Translations under genes and position numbers: made by a program
Notes under the pieces: generated by a model
The model's database searches: none
Told to the model about the DNA's origin: nothing
The model's input: the letters and a program-made list of their open reading frames with translations, nothing else
Part shown: positions 1 to 11,885 of the stretch, one piece after another
Layout: the number at the start of each line of letters is the position of its first letter
Numbering within the stretch: position 1 is the stretch's first letter
Assembly: GCA_943704425.1 (NCBI GenBank)
Contig: CALSCP010001674.1
Location: 1-64,000 of the forward strand
DNA from: Ministeria vibrans ATCC 50519
Taxonomy: Eukaryota > Protista > Filasterea
DNA length: 64,000 nt
Direction of reading: 5' to 3'

Positions 1-32
1 AAAAAAAAAGAAGAAGAAGAGATGAGACATAC

Positions 33-474
33 GAGGGGAATGATGCACTCGCAATCGGAGAGGGTGGTGAACGAATAGTCGGGCACTTCGTCACGTCGCA
101 ACTCACGGTGATTGAAGATCTCGCCGTTGACCGTCAGAATCACAGTGCCTTCCGTGTTCGTCAGTGGCTGGGCGCCGTGTTCTACACACAATCAGCAGCT
201 GATTAAGTAGCCGCCAAAAACTTCACATGCCAAACTTTGTACCAACATCGACAATGGAAAGACGCTCGTGCGTGATTGCCGTCTTCGGGTTGGGCACCAT
301 AATCCCACTCCAGTCGGGTCCACGATGACGGATGCTGCAACAATCCAAGCGTTGTGGACAGTGAGTTGAGTATGGGTATTAGGGCTTTGGTTTGCACCGT
401 TGCGTTGCGCGCAAGGCCGCCTTGCGGATCGCCTCTTTTCGCTCGTAGCCGAATACTGCCAGAATACCACACAT
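33..474 (-). CDS. ASNS: Asparagine synthetase (glutamine-hydrolysing), 5' exons; gene continues off the left edge
   Basis: Spliced translation from ATG 474: MCGILAVFG...R|IRHRGPDWSG...HERLSIVDV|...GAQPLTN..GTVILTVNGEIFNHRELR...F.T.SDCECI. These are class II glutamine amidotransferase (N-terminal Cys) motifs of AsnB; introns are GT-AG. Not captured in the ORF track. Confidence 0.92.
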
Positions 475-807
475 AACTAGTTTGACTTATGCACACAAGG
501 AGGGAGAATAAGACTGGTGACGATTGAAGATCGCGCAATTTGAAAATGATGTGTCCGATTTCATCATCGACAAAAACTAAAAAAAAAGATTTCTCATCGA
601 CCATTTCACATCCCACTTCCTTCACCTTCCTTTGATCAAGCCTATCGCTCAGCAGGGACTCTGAGCTACTGTGAACTATAACACTGTCAATGTTCAAAGA
701 GGACGTCTGAACAACCAGCCGACCTGTGTGAGGGACGGGAGTGCAATCACAGCACACTGGACTGACACGCACTCACTCACTCAGACTGAGTCAGACGTAA
801 CTCAATA

Positions 808-1968
808 ATGTTGTTTGCGTTTGCACGCCGGGTGACGCCAACTGCTTGGCGTCCGATTGTGTATAGATGCATGGTGACGGCAAAGGGAGCGTCGTCGCCG
901 TGGTCGGCAGCTGGAGTGCCGGGCAAGGAGCGCGAACGCAAGGCCGTTGTCATTCGACGCGTTGTTGACTCCGCCCCCATCGATCCTGCCTTGCAACAGT
1001 GGGACGGCGATCTAGAGGATCATACGCAAGGAAGGAAGATGGATTTGGACGCGCGGTATGCAGTGTGGGCGACTCGGCGAGCGCGCGACTGGATCAACGA
1101 GTTGGAGCGACTCTGTGGACTTGAAAAACGCTCCGCCGACGTCGGACGCATGATTGACGCCATGAAGAAGGTGTATCCCAAGGTGCGTTTGCCAAAGGGC
1201 ACGTGCTCCCTGTACATGATGGCGCTAAAGCGTGACCAGCGCTCGGCCGAAGCAATGCGACTGTTCAACAAGATGAAGCGCGAACGTATTGATATTGAGG
1301 CGGCCGCGTACACCGCGCTGATTGCGGCGCAAGGCAGCGCTAACCAGGTGGAAGAGACTGCTCTGCGGAATATCGGTACAATTCTGGATACATGGGATAA
1401 GCAAAAGTACCAACCAAACCTGTTGAACTGCAACGCGGCGCTGGGTGTGTATGCGCGCGCAGGAGCGCCCGATTGTGCCATTGAGATGATTGAGAAGATG
1501 GCCAATCCTGAGTGGGCCCTGACGCCAGACACGCTCTCGTGGAGTCTAGTTGTGCGAGCGTTCAGTCGTGCGGGTGACCTGGCAGGAGCACACGCGCTCT
1601 CGAACGAGCTCATCAGCAAAAACATGGCCATTGATCGCCTTGAGATGCAGCGGCTGGCAGAGGTGATGGGACGCGCCCAGTCACTGGACCACATGTCCGA
1701 AATCATTGCACAGTGCATCGAGGTACACGGTGAGATTGCTGCAGACACGTGGACACGTGCACTGGTCGCCATTGCGCTCGCGCCCACCCACCCGACGGCG
1801 GCTGCGGCTCTTGCGCGTCTTGGTGCACTTCCTGCCGAGAGGAGGCCTCCGCTCGACGAGTCGTCCGTCACGAGGGTTGTTGCACTCGCTCGCAATGTGG
1901 GCAAGCGCGAGAATTCAATGGACACCTTTAGACTGATTCTCAAGTTGCTCGAAAAGCGCAAGAGATGA
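808..1968 (+). CDS. Pentatricopeptide-repeat (PPR) protein, probably mitochondrial
   Basis: 386-aa single ORF with an Arg-rich presequence-like N-terminus and ~35-aa helical repeats (AYTALIAA..., PNLLNCNAALGVYARAG...AIEMIEKM, PDTLSWSLVVRAFSRAGD...A). Confidence 0.8.
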   Translation: MLFAFARRVTPTAWRPIVYRCMVTAKGASSPWSAAGVPGKERERKAVVIRRVVDSAPIDPALQQWDGDLEDHTQGRKMDLDARYAVWATRRARDWINELERLCGLEKRSADVGRMIDAMKKVYPKVRLPKGTCSLYMMALKRDQRSAEAMRLFNKMKRERIDIEAAAYTALIAAQGSANQVEETALRNIGTILDTWDKQKYQPNLLNCNAALGVYARAGAPDCAIEMIEKMANPEWALTPDTLSWSLVVRAFSRAGDLAGAHALSNELISKNMAIDRLEMQRLAEVMGRAQSLDHMSEIIAQCIEVHGEIAADTWTRALVAIALAPTHPTAAAALARLGALPAERRPPLDESSVTRVVALARNVGKRENSMDTFRLILKLLEKRKR

Positions 1969-1995
1969 TGTAAATAATTAATGTAAAAACCATAA

Positions 1996-2029
<34 letters not shown>

Positions 2030-2122
2030 TTTATTTTTTATTATTATTAACTCATGAAAGAAAAAGAAGCCGAATTGCATAGGTTGAATTAAAGGAGTAT
2101 GTACAAAAAAAAGGGAAGCGGG

Positions 2123-4034
2123 TTAGAGGAGAAAACCAAACGCCTTGTAGAGAAAGTAGGTGAAGAGTTCGAAGAAGAGAAGAGGACGGGGCATGGTGGG
2201 TTGAGAGCAGACAACGTTGCGGGCGTCGGCAGCGGGAAGGGCGCCCGGCCCCGTAATGCGGTACTGGACGGCAGAGAGGGGCGAGCAGAGAAGTCGGAAG
2301 AAAAGACGGGGATCGGTGAGGAGGGTGCGGAGGTTGAGAGGCGGTTGGCAGCCAATGAGCTGCGCCATGCGGTCCTGAAATCGCAGGTAGTTGGTGAGGG
2401 GCGCAATACGCGGCGCGTCGTGTGGGTAGGTGGCAAATTCGACGCGCGCGTCCTCTTCGATTTCCGCCTGCATGGCAGCAGGGTCGGGCAGTGCCGTTGC
2501 GTTGCTGATGAGGAGGGCGTAGTAGCGCGCTTGCATCTCGGCCATGGGTGGGATGGAGCCAAAGGCAGGACGCACGAAGCCGAAAAGACCCAGGGCCAGT
2601 CCGGTGCGAGGGTGAAGCATGTGCTTGAAGAGAGGACGCGAGGGCGAGACCATGTCGGCAGCCAGCTTTGAGTCCCACTCCTTAAGAAAAGGCACGGCAG
2701 GCGTGAAGCCGGTGCAAAACAGCACCAGGTCGCAGGGGTAGGTGGATCCGTCGCTAAACACAGCGTGATCTGCCTCAAGGCGCAGTAGCGATGGCTTCAG
2801 CAGCGCACCGTGGTGCACCACTGCCTCGCAGAAGCTCGTATTTTTGGTACCAAAGCGCTCAAAGGGACCTGATCCGTTGTCGCGGTTGAGCTTGGATGCA
2901 AGACTCAGCACCGCCTTGTCGTCCTGCGGCGTTAAGTAGAATGACTCAATAAAGGTTTTGAGGCTGTGCCAGAGGGTGGCGGCGCCCGCCGTGAACGACT
3001 GCGGCAACGAGTGGTACGCCCGGTTTGTATCCAGATCGGCGACACTGCCCAACACCTCACGCGGAACCACATAGCCAGGGCCGCTACGCGAACATACTGC
3101 CACTGACTCAGCTACTTGTGCGGCGTGCAATGCAATGTCGCTGCCTGACTCGCCCAGACCCACAATGAGAACGCGACGACCTCGCATTTGAGCAGCCGAC
3201 GTGTACTCAATGCTGTGCATGAGACGCCCCGTGAACGTGTCGTCGCCGTCGACACGCGGCCGCTCTGCAGCACCGTGCACGCCGCTGCAAATGGCGACAT
3301 GGTCGAAAAAGTGTTCAGTCATTTGTGGATGGGGCTGGCCATCCTGCTGAACAAGCGTGCTCACACGAAACCCCTTTTCGAGGGCCGTCTCATCGACGGG
3401 AGTTACGCAGGCGACACGCGTGTGGAAGCGCATCGAGTCGTAGAGACAGTGTGCCTGAGCGTACACCCCCAGGTAGTCGACGTACTCCTCTGCCGTCCAC
3501 ATCACCGGCCGTTTCATCACTCTGTCATCGACAAACGCTCCGAATTGTGTGTGGATCGACGACGACGTGAGCTTTGCCTGCAAGACACAGCCATGCATTT
3601 AGTGGGTGTTGTGTGCACATATACAAAGGGAGGCGCGGTGCGGCGCCCCTCTCAGTGTCATGTGCACTTTCTCTTTTGCCCCAAAATCCAAATTGGGGTG
3701 TCATCCAGAACAAAAAATAAGAGCGTGATCCGCTTTCTTGTGAACACCAACCCCGGGACGAAGGCGGCAGAGCAGCGCAGAGGACGCGCGTGCATGGCAA
3801 TGAAAAGCGTCATATGACGCAAGGTGAGGTGGGTGCGAGCGGAGGGGACAAAGGGAACGAACATGCGCAGGGCAGAAAGTAAACGGTGCTTACGTCTTCG
3901 TAGCAGTGGCCAAAGACGCCTCCAATGCGGTCGGACGCCTCGAATATGGTCACAGAATGCCCGAGTTCCTGGCATTCCTTGGCGACGACGAGCCCCGACG
4001 GCCCTGCGCCAATGACCGCAACCTTCTTCTTCAT
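2123..4034 (-). CDS. Flavin-containing monooxygenase (FMO), 2 exons (intron 3578-3893); an upstream in-frame ATG exists at 4142
   Basis: FAD motif VAVIGAGPSG, FMO signature FTGRLMHSIEY (FxGxxxHxxxY), NADPH motif GLGESG, DLVLFCTGF, AEMQAR, hydrophobic C-terminus. Confidence 0.92.
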
Positions 4035-4472
4035 GTGGCGGCGCTGGCACAGCGAGATGTACGTCTGGACGCCCAGGTCGTCGCCCTGCACAACTGGAGT
4101 GTGTTTAGACAAGGTCGTAAACATGGCACTTGCCAGGAGCATTTTCTAGGTGGGAAGAAGGTGAGGGAGAACGGGGAGCAGTGCAGGAAGGGAGAAAAGT
4201 GTGACTAATTAAATTTCAAGAGTGAGTAATCGCTGGCCGAAAAATAACCTTAAAAGTAAGCTCTCACGGGTTGAAACTGGCCCGATGGCGGACTGAGTCA
4301 CTGTCTCACTGGTGTTTGCGCGTTTATGCCGACTGCTGTCGCCCGTCTGGGCTCTCCGGCTATATAATTATATTTATTACGTCAAAAATTATAGTTTCGA
4401 TCTTCTGCATCTTCAATGAGTTCATCACAATTTCAACCAGTCAACCACGTTTTTATTGCCCATTGATTAATA

Positions 4473-6324
4473 ATGGCGAGTCCGCGGGGCGGCGTGCCTC
4501 CGTATCGTAACTCGCTGGCGGTGCCCAGTCGACGATCGACCTTTTTTTCCAAGTGGTCGCTTGGACTCGGTCGGAGTTCGCTCGAGACGACGACGCCAGA
4601 GGAAATGAGCCAAAACTGGTTTATTATGCAGCCGTTGGGGTGGCGCGCGAAATTCGTCAAGCAAATCGACGAGCGCGACGTGCAGTAAGGAGGACGGCGG
4701 TCCCTTTTCTTTCGTTTTTTGACGAGCGTTCTTTTGTGCAGACAATCGCAGGCATATGCCCACTATATGTCCATGCACAAGAACGACGACGAGCCCGAAG
4801 AAGTCATTGATCCGTCGACGCTCAACGAGAGGATACAGCAGCTGGAGTTTTTCCTGTTTCAGAAAACGGTGAGAGAGGGAAAAAAAGAGGATGTGCTGAT
4901 GCTGACTCGGTTGCACCGCTCATTCTGTAGGGGGCATCGCGGCGTCAGATTCGCGCCATGGCATGTCTGCTGTTCAGCGTCATTCTCATTCTCATTGTGG
5001 CCATTGTCATCATTGCACTGCTGCTCAATGGTGGCGGTGCATCTCTCAACACCCGCTGTGAAGACACTTTTGTACTCAGCGACATGGCCAGCGTCAACGA
5101 CCTCTTCAATACCAAAGAGTGTACTACCATCAGTGGCCTCACAATCACAGACTTCTCCTCGATGACATCGCAGACGCTCGTTCTGGACCGGCTCGTCGTT
5201 GTAACCGGCTCGCTGACAGTCCAGAGCGCTATGCTGGGTGCGCTCGTCCTGCCCAACCTGCAGCGCATCGGAGACCAACTTTCCATCATCGACAACACTC
5301 TGATGACGCACTTCAATGTGTCTGCAGACCTCACGCATGTCAACACGGCCATCATTGTCACTGAAAATCCTTTTTTGGTCGATGTCACTTTCTCCGGTCT
5401 CACCACAACAGGTCAGAATGAGGAAATGAGGAGATAACGAAAAGAAGCAGACAAAAAAAGATTACTGAACGACGCAACAATGGTGATAGGGACAATGACG
5501 CTGGTGGACCTGAGCACACTGTCGACGATTGCCTTTCCGGCCCTCACCTCCGCTACCTTTGTCACCCTCGAAGATCTCCCGCGTGTGCTTCACGTGGACT
5601 TTCCTCTCCTCCGCACTCTCACCAATGTATCGTCACTGTTTCTCTTTACCGCTCACTTCTCATATTCTCTATCGTAGCTGAACATTATCTCAGTGGGCGG
5701 GACAGTAAGAATAATTATATTCTTTGCATCATTGTTCTCTTACCCTGTTGTTTTGCCACTTTTGTATTTTCTCCTTAATCTGTATCTCACTTTTGTTTTC
5801 TTCTTTTTTCTCACTTTTTTCTTCCTTGTCTTATTTTGCTTTTACTTTTTCGTCCTCCTTTGTCTCACTTTTGTTTTTTCTTCCTCCTTTTTTCTCACTT
5901 TTTCCTTCCTTGTCTCGTTGTGCTTTTACTTTTTCGTCCTCCTTTGTCTCACTTTTGTTCTTCTCCCTCCTTTTTCCCACTTTTTCCTTCCTTGTCTCGT
6001 TTTGCTTTTACTTTTTCGTCCTCCTCTTTCTCGCTTTTGTTTTTTCTTGCTCTTTTTATCTGTCTTAATTTCTTCATAGTTATTCAATCTGTCTATTTTC
6101 TTTTTATGTAGGAATCGCCCATTCCCAACACAGTCGCATCAAACGCAGATGCATCTGTGCTCATTGCCATTGAGTTTCCCCTTCTCAACTATGTGACAGG
6201 CGATGGTACAAGCATTGTCAATCACAATGCGAATCTGATATAATTATCATTGTCTGTATAGTGTCCATTCGCAGTGTCAATGACATTCGCATAATCGACT
6301 TTCGTTCTCTCACTCATACCGATA
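4473..6324 (+). CDS. Type II membrane protein with extracellular receptor L-domain-like repeats; no stop codon found, ends in an intron running into the (CT)n tract
   Basis: Exons splice in frame: MASPRGG...DVQ|QSQAY...QKT|GASRRQIRA, then a TM segment (MACLLFSVILILIVAIVIIALLL), then repeats such as LVVVTGSLTV, LPNLQRIGDQLSIIDN, FPALTS, FPLLNYVTGD, IDFRSLT. Confidence 0.65.
5785..6045. repeat. About 3 tandem copies of a ~84-bp pyrimidine-rich unit in an intron
   Basis: Recurring cttccttgtc..ttgcttttactttttcgtcctcctttgtctcacttttg. Confidence 0.75.
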
Positions 6325-6426
6325 CGTAAATGATACAAATTATACATGAGCTGCTTTATTACTTGTGTACTCGTGCCAACACGTATTGATTGGTTCGTTC
6401 CATCACGTCTTCTTTGGTTATTTTTC

Positions 6427-6431
<5 letters not shown>

Positions 6432-6516
<85 letters not shown>
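6432..6516. repeat. (CT)n microsatellite at the junction of two truncated convergent genes
   Basis: Pure ct repeat seen directly. Confidence 0.95.
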
Positions 6517-6518
<2 letters not shown>

Positions 6519-6544
6519 TTTCATAAAATGTTCTGCACATTTAC

Positions 6545-9500
6545 CACATCAGTCATTCGGCTCAGTCCAAAATCTGCCACTTTAAGAACCATTCGATTGC
6601 CCACCAAAATGTTTCGCGCAGCCAACTTCAAAAACAAACAGGACACGATTAACCCACACGTCTTATTGTTATTTGTTTATTCATTCTTACGTCACGATGA
6701 ACAAAGCCACGTTGAGACAGATACTCCATTGCACTTGCAACTTGATAGCACATGTGAAGTTGATCAGCAAACCTACATCACAAAGAAAAGAAACCAAAAT
6801 AGACTAGTTCAGTTCCAACTCACTCACTTCACTCCCTTTCAAGTTTTGATACGTGACAAGACTCCTTGCAACCACCAGAGCACGCAAAAAGTTACGAAGA
6901 TCGGAATGCGGACAGTGCTCAAGGACAATGAGCCAGGGAGTGACATCCGAGCAGACGCCTATGAGACGCAGTACATTGGGATGGTCAAACTGCTTGAGGA
7001 GCAGTGCCTCTTGAAGGAAGTCGTTTTGTGTCTGTGCCGCTGCGCCCTCGTGCAATGTCTTGACTGCAACCAGCGTCCGTTTGGGTCCCGCTGTCTTGCC
7101 GCCCCCCGGCTCACTCGACACTGCCAACATGACCTTGCCAAACTCGCCCTTGCCCAAAAAGTCGACGTAGGTGAGCCACTCGCGAGGAAATGCCTTCGGC
7201 ATAAGCTCATCAAACAGCGTCTGGAACTGAGCATTGTGTGCTCGTTCCAACGTCGCATTACTCCCAATCCCGTCTGCTCCATCTTCTTCCCCGTCCTCCA
7301 GCTTCACCGTGCGCGTCGGTCGCTTGCGACGCACCGTCTTATACAAATCTTCATGGCGCGACTTGTCCTTGCGTACCCGATCAAAGTCACCATAGTCATC
7401 ACCCGGCTCAATAATGTTCGTGGCACCAGGCAAAGCAGTTTGTGCCGCTGTCGCTAATGCTGCGGCAAATGTGGACTCGAGAGGCGGTGGCCCGTCGCCA
7501 CTAGACTCCTCACCGGCTCGCACAGGGGCACGCGATGCGTCCAACAGTCCTTTGCCGAGCACCGAGTTGAGCGAAATGTAATCGCCACGCTCAACAGGCA
7601 CTTTGCCCCCTTTGTAAAGCATGCGTGCGTCCGTGAGCGTTGCATACATGTCATCGCCACCATCCTGAGCATTCACATAGTCTGCGCCGGTCACAGCACC
7701 CTCTCCGCCACTCCTCATTGAAGAGTAGTACGCATCGCCAGGCGCCCCTCCACCAGCCGCTGCATTCACATAAAGATCGCCTCCTTCCTGCGGCTGCTGA
7801 GAGCGAGGAGTCGCCACGGTGTGGTACAGGTCGTCGCCTGAAAACGCCGCTCCATTGACATAGGCGGACTCGGTGCCCGACAAATAGTACGTCGTTCCCG
7901 CTCCCGTGTAGTACACGTCGTCCGAGTCACCACCAAATTGACCTGCAGCGGCCGCATCAGCAGTAGTAGCACCACCACCACCACCATCCTTGTTCTTCTG
8001 AGGCTTGTACGCACCATGCGCATCCACTACAAGCTCGCCTGCACCCTCCATGCGCTTGCCGTCCGGTGCCACATAGATACCAGGTGCGACGCGCAACAAA
8101 TGTCCCGTGTCGCCATACTTGATTTCGCCGCTGTGCGTACGCCACGTACCGTCCTCGTGCTGTGTCAACGTCGCCTCGTACTCGTCAAAAACGCGCTCGC
8201 CAAACGCATTCCAGTAGGTGCGTGTGCGCTCGCAATGGAACAGACGCGGCTCGTTGCCATAGACCACCTTGCCGGCAGCATCGCGGTAGCACCCATCGGT
8301 GCCACGCACCAGCATGGCTCCCGCGTACACCACATCGCCAGTCTCGGAGCGCCACGTGAGATCGCGTCCGCACACCAAACGGCGCCCATTATCACAAATG
8401 CTCTTGCTCGTATTGGGATCGTAAACAACAAGATCGGCAAAGACAGGCTCGCCTTCGCGCGTGCGATACGAGCCACGCTCCGTGTCCAGCACCACCTCTT
8501 CGGTGCACATCGGCTGTCCACTTGCATTGGACCACACCGAGTCGTAGGTGGCACTGCCCGTCTCCGAGCGCCAGATGCCACGCGCGTCCGGACGCAGCAC
8601 ACGCGCCGGTACGTACTCGCCGTCAATGGTGCGCGTCTTCCACTGACCGTCCTGACTCATGGTAAGCGATGCATACGTAATCTCAAGGGGCTTGCGAACG
8701 GCGACTTCGGCGCCCGCAGCGGGACGCGCGTACACTGGCAGCAGCTGTTGCTTGACGCGCACCGGGTCGACCGGCAAGAAAAGCATGCGCGCCTCGTCGT
8801 CCTGCACAACCGACTCACCCGCAATTGGATTGTCGAAGCGATGTACACCATTGCCCGACAACAATGTCATACCAATCACAGCCGACGAAGAATCGTCTTC
8901 AATATGCGACTGATGTGTCAACGGCAGAAAGGAACTCTGATGCGACAAGTTCGGCATCTGGTTCTTGGGCGGTCGGCGCGACAACGAGCGCCGCTCCCGA
9001 CGTCGACGGCGTAGCACCACAAGGAGCACCAGCAGAAAGAGCAACACAATGCCGGCCGCAGCGCCCGCTCCAATACCCAGTACCATGGCGGAGCCACCAG
9101 ACGACGACTGTCTGCCCACCCCAGAGAGTGATGTCTCGCATAGCGTGCCAAACGTGCCGTTGACACAAACACACATAAAATTGGCAACTTGGTCGACACA
9201 GGTGCCGCCAAAGTAGCACGGCGACGACGCACACTCGTCAATCTCCGACGCACACAAATCGCCGGTGTAGCCGGCGGCACACGTACAACCAAACGACCCC
9301 AGCTCGTCCACGCACGACGCGCCATTCTGACAGGGCGACGATGCACACTCGTCAAGGTCCGTGCTACACGTTGCGTCGCCATAGCCAAGCGAACACGTAC
9401 ACGTGAAACCGCCGGGTGGAAGGGAACGCTCAGAGCACGAGCCTCCGTTGTTGCACGGCGACGACGAACACTCGTCGGCATCGTCGTCACACGTAAGACC

Positions 9501-11853
9501 AATGTAGCCTGCGGCACAAACACATGTCCACGCGGACACATCGTCCAGACAAGTCGCAGCATTGAGACACGGCGACGACGCACAGTCGTCAATATTCACC
9601 TCACACACAGTGCCTGTGAATCCCGTCTGGCAGAAACACTGGAAGCCATCAATCGCATCGAGACAGCCACCGTCGTTGCTGCACGGCATCGAAGCACATT
9701 CGTCAATGTTCGTTTCGCATATATCGCCGGTGAAGCCGGCATGACAAGCACACACAAAACTGAGCACACCGTCCGCACACGAGGCTCCATTCAGGCAGGG
9801 GGTCGAATCACACTCGTTCACGTCCGCCTCACACATGACACCGGTCTTGCCTGCGGGACAGACACACGTGAAAAGACCTTGCTGATTCAAACACGTGCCA
9901 CCATTCTGACAGGGTGATGAGGCACACTCGTCCACTGCAAACAGACCCAGTTGACCAGACGCCTCGCTCGTTTCGCCACACGCTGCGTTGGTGGCGCACG
10001 TAAGTGCACGTCGTCGATTACCTGCAACATCATCCTCCTCAAGAAGCGCAACCCATTCCTGAGGCGACGACAACGGGCCTGCCAGGTAGACAGCAGCGTC
10101 TGCCGTCGGCGGCGTCGTGCCCGACGTGGTGGTCAGATGAATGAGGACGCTCGTCAGAAAAGACGAGCCGGCAAACAATGGCACATCAAAGTAATACACT
10201 TGCGCCTGTTCTACCACCGAATCGGCGGGCGCTGCGCGCGCATTAGCCAATAAAACGGTGCCCACAAGCATGGTCGCGTTGGTGTCGACAGCATCCACAG
10301 GTATGGTCACAGTCAGCGCCTGATAGACAAAGGTGCCGCCTTTGGGCGTGATCAGGAAGCCCGGCTGTTCGCAGAGCAGACCCAAGAAGCCGTAGGGACA
10401 GTCGCACGTGTGCGAGTTGATTCCGTCGTGACAGACTCCGCCATTCTGACAGGGCGATGAGTCACATTCGTCAATGTTCTCGTCGCACAATGCACCCGAG
10501 AATCCACTGGCGCACGTGCAGGAAAAGCCATCAACTTGCTCGACACACACGCCGCCGTTGGAGGAGCACGGTGACGAGACACACTCGTTGATTTCGACTG
10601 CACATAGCGAGCCGGAGAACCCCGATGCACATTGGCAAGCAAATTGACCCACGAGGTTGACACACGTGCCACCGTTGGTACACGGCGATGAAGTACACTC
10701 ATCAATGTCAATCTCGCAGTCGGTACCCGTGTAGGCAATGTCGCACGTACACAAGTAGCCATCCACAAGATTAGAACATGTCGCAGCATGCTGACACGGC
10801 GATGAAGCACATTCGTCAATCTCGTCCTGACACAGGCCGCCGGTGTAGCCCGAGGGGCAGTTGCACTCAAAGAGATTCACATTGTCAATGCAGACGCCTC
10901 CATTCGCACATGGCGACGAGAGACACTCATCAGTGTTCACTTCGCAGTGATCCCCTTCAAATCCAGGCTCACAAGTACACGAGTACCCGTTCACGAGATT
11001 CACACACGTCGCCAGATTCTTGCATGGCGACGACGCACACTCGTCCACTTCCGTCTGACACGCTGTACCCACAAACCCTGTTCCATCGCACACACACTCC
11101 CATCCTTTGATCGCATCAACACAGTTACCGCCATTCTCACAGGGCGATGAAAAGCACTATTCAAAATAAAATACTCATCAGCAAATTGAAAAAAGATCAC
11201 ACACACAAAATAATAATAACAATGGTTATTATTTTTCTTATATTAATAACGTATCGGATTACTTCGTCAATGTTGTTTGCGCACGTATCGCCGTCATAGC
11301 CGGGTACACAATCACAGAAAAATGCGTCAAAATTAGGTGTGGAACAAGTAGCGCCATTTTGACAGGGGCTGGACGCGCACTCGTCAACATCGCCGTCGCA
11401 CACGAGGCCCGTGTAGCCGCTTGCACACACACAACGGAACTTGTTTTCCTCATCAACACAGGTTGCACCGTTCTGACACGGCGCACTCAGGCAATCGTTG
11501 GTGGTCGACTCGCACTCGAGACCATAGAACGAAGTGGGACAAGTGCAGGTAAACTCGCCAGGCTGATTCTGGCTGCACGTGCCACCATTCGCACAGGGCA
11601 TCGACTCACACTCATTGATATCAATAACACATGTGCTGCCAGTGTAGCCTGTCGCACACGAACAGGTGTACGACTCGATGCCATCGTTGCAAGTGGCCCC
11701 ATTGGCGCACGGCGTCGACGCACAGTCATCAATGTTCTCAGAGCATTTGGCGCCAGAATAGCCTCCATCGCACTGGCACGTCCAACCATCAACATTGTTT
11801 TGGCACGTTCCATGTCCCGTACACGGCGACGATGCGCACTGGAACAAAGGACA

Positions 11854-11885
<32 letters not shown>

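Noticed and set aside
5693-6111. Phe/Leu-rich 'membrane protein' ORFs
   Set aside because: They lie in a pyrimidine-rich intronic tandem repeat.
6222-6585. ORFs with ERERER or LSLSLS runs (also 20578-20878)
   Set aside because: Translations of (CT/GA)n microsatellites in introns.
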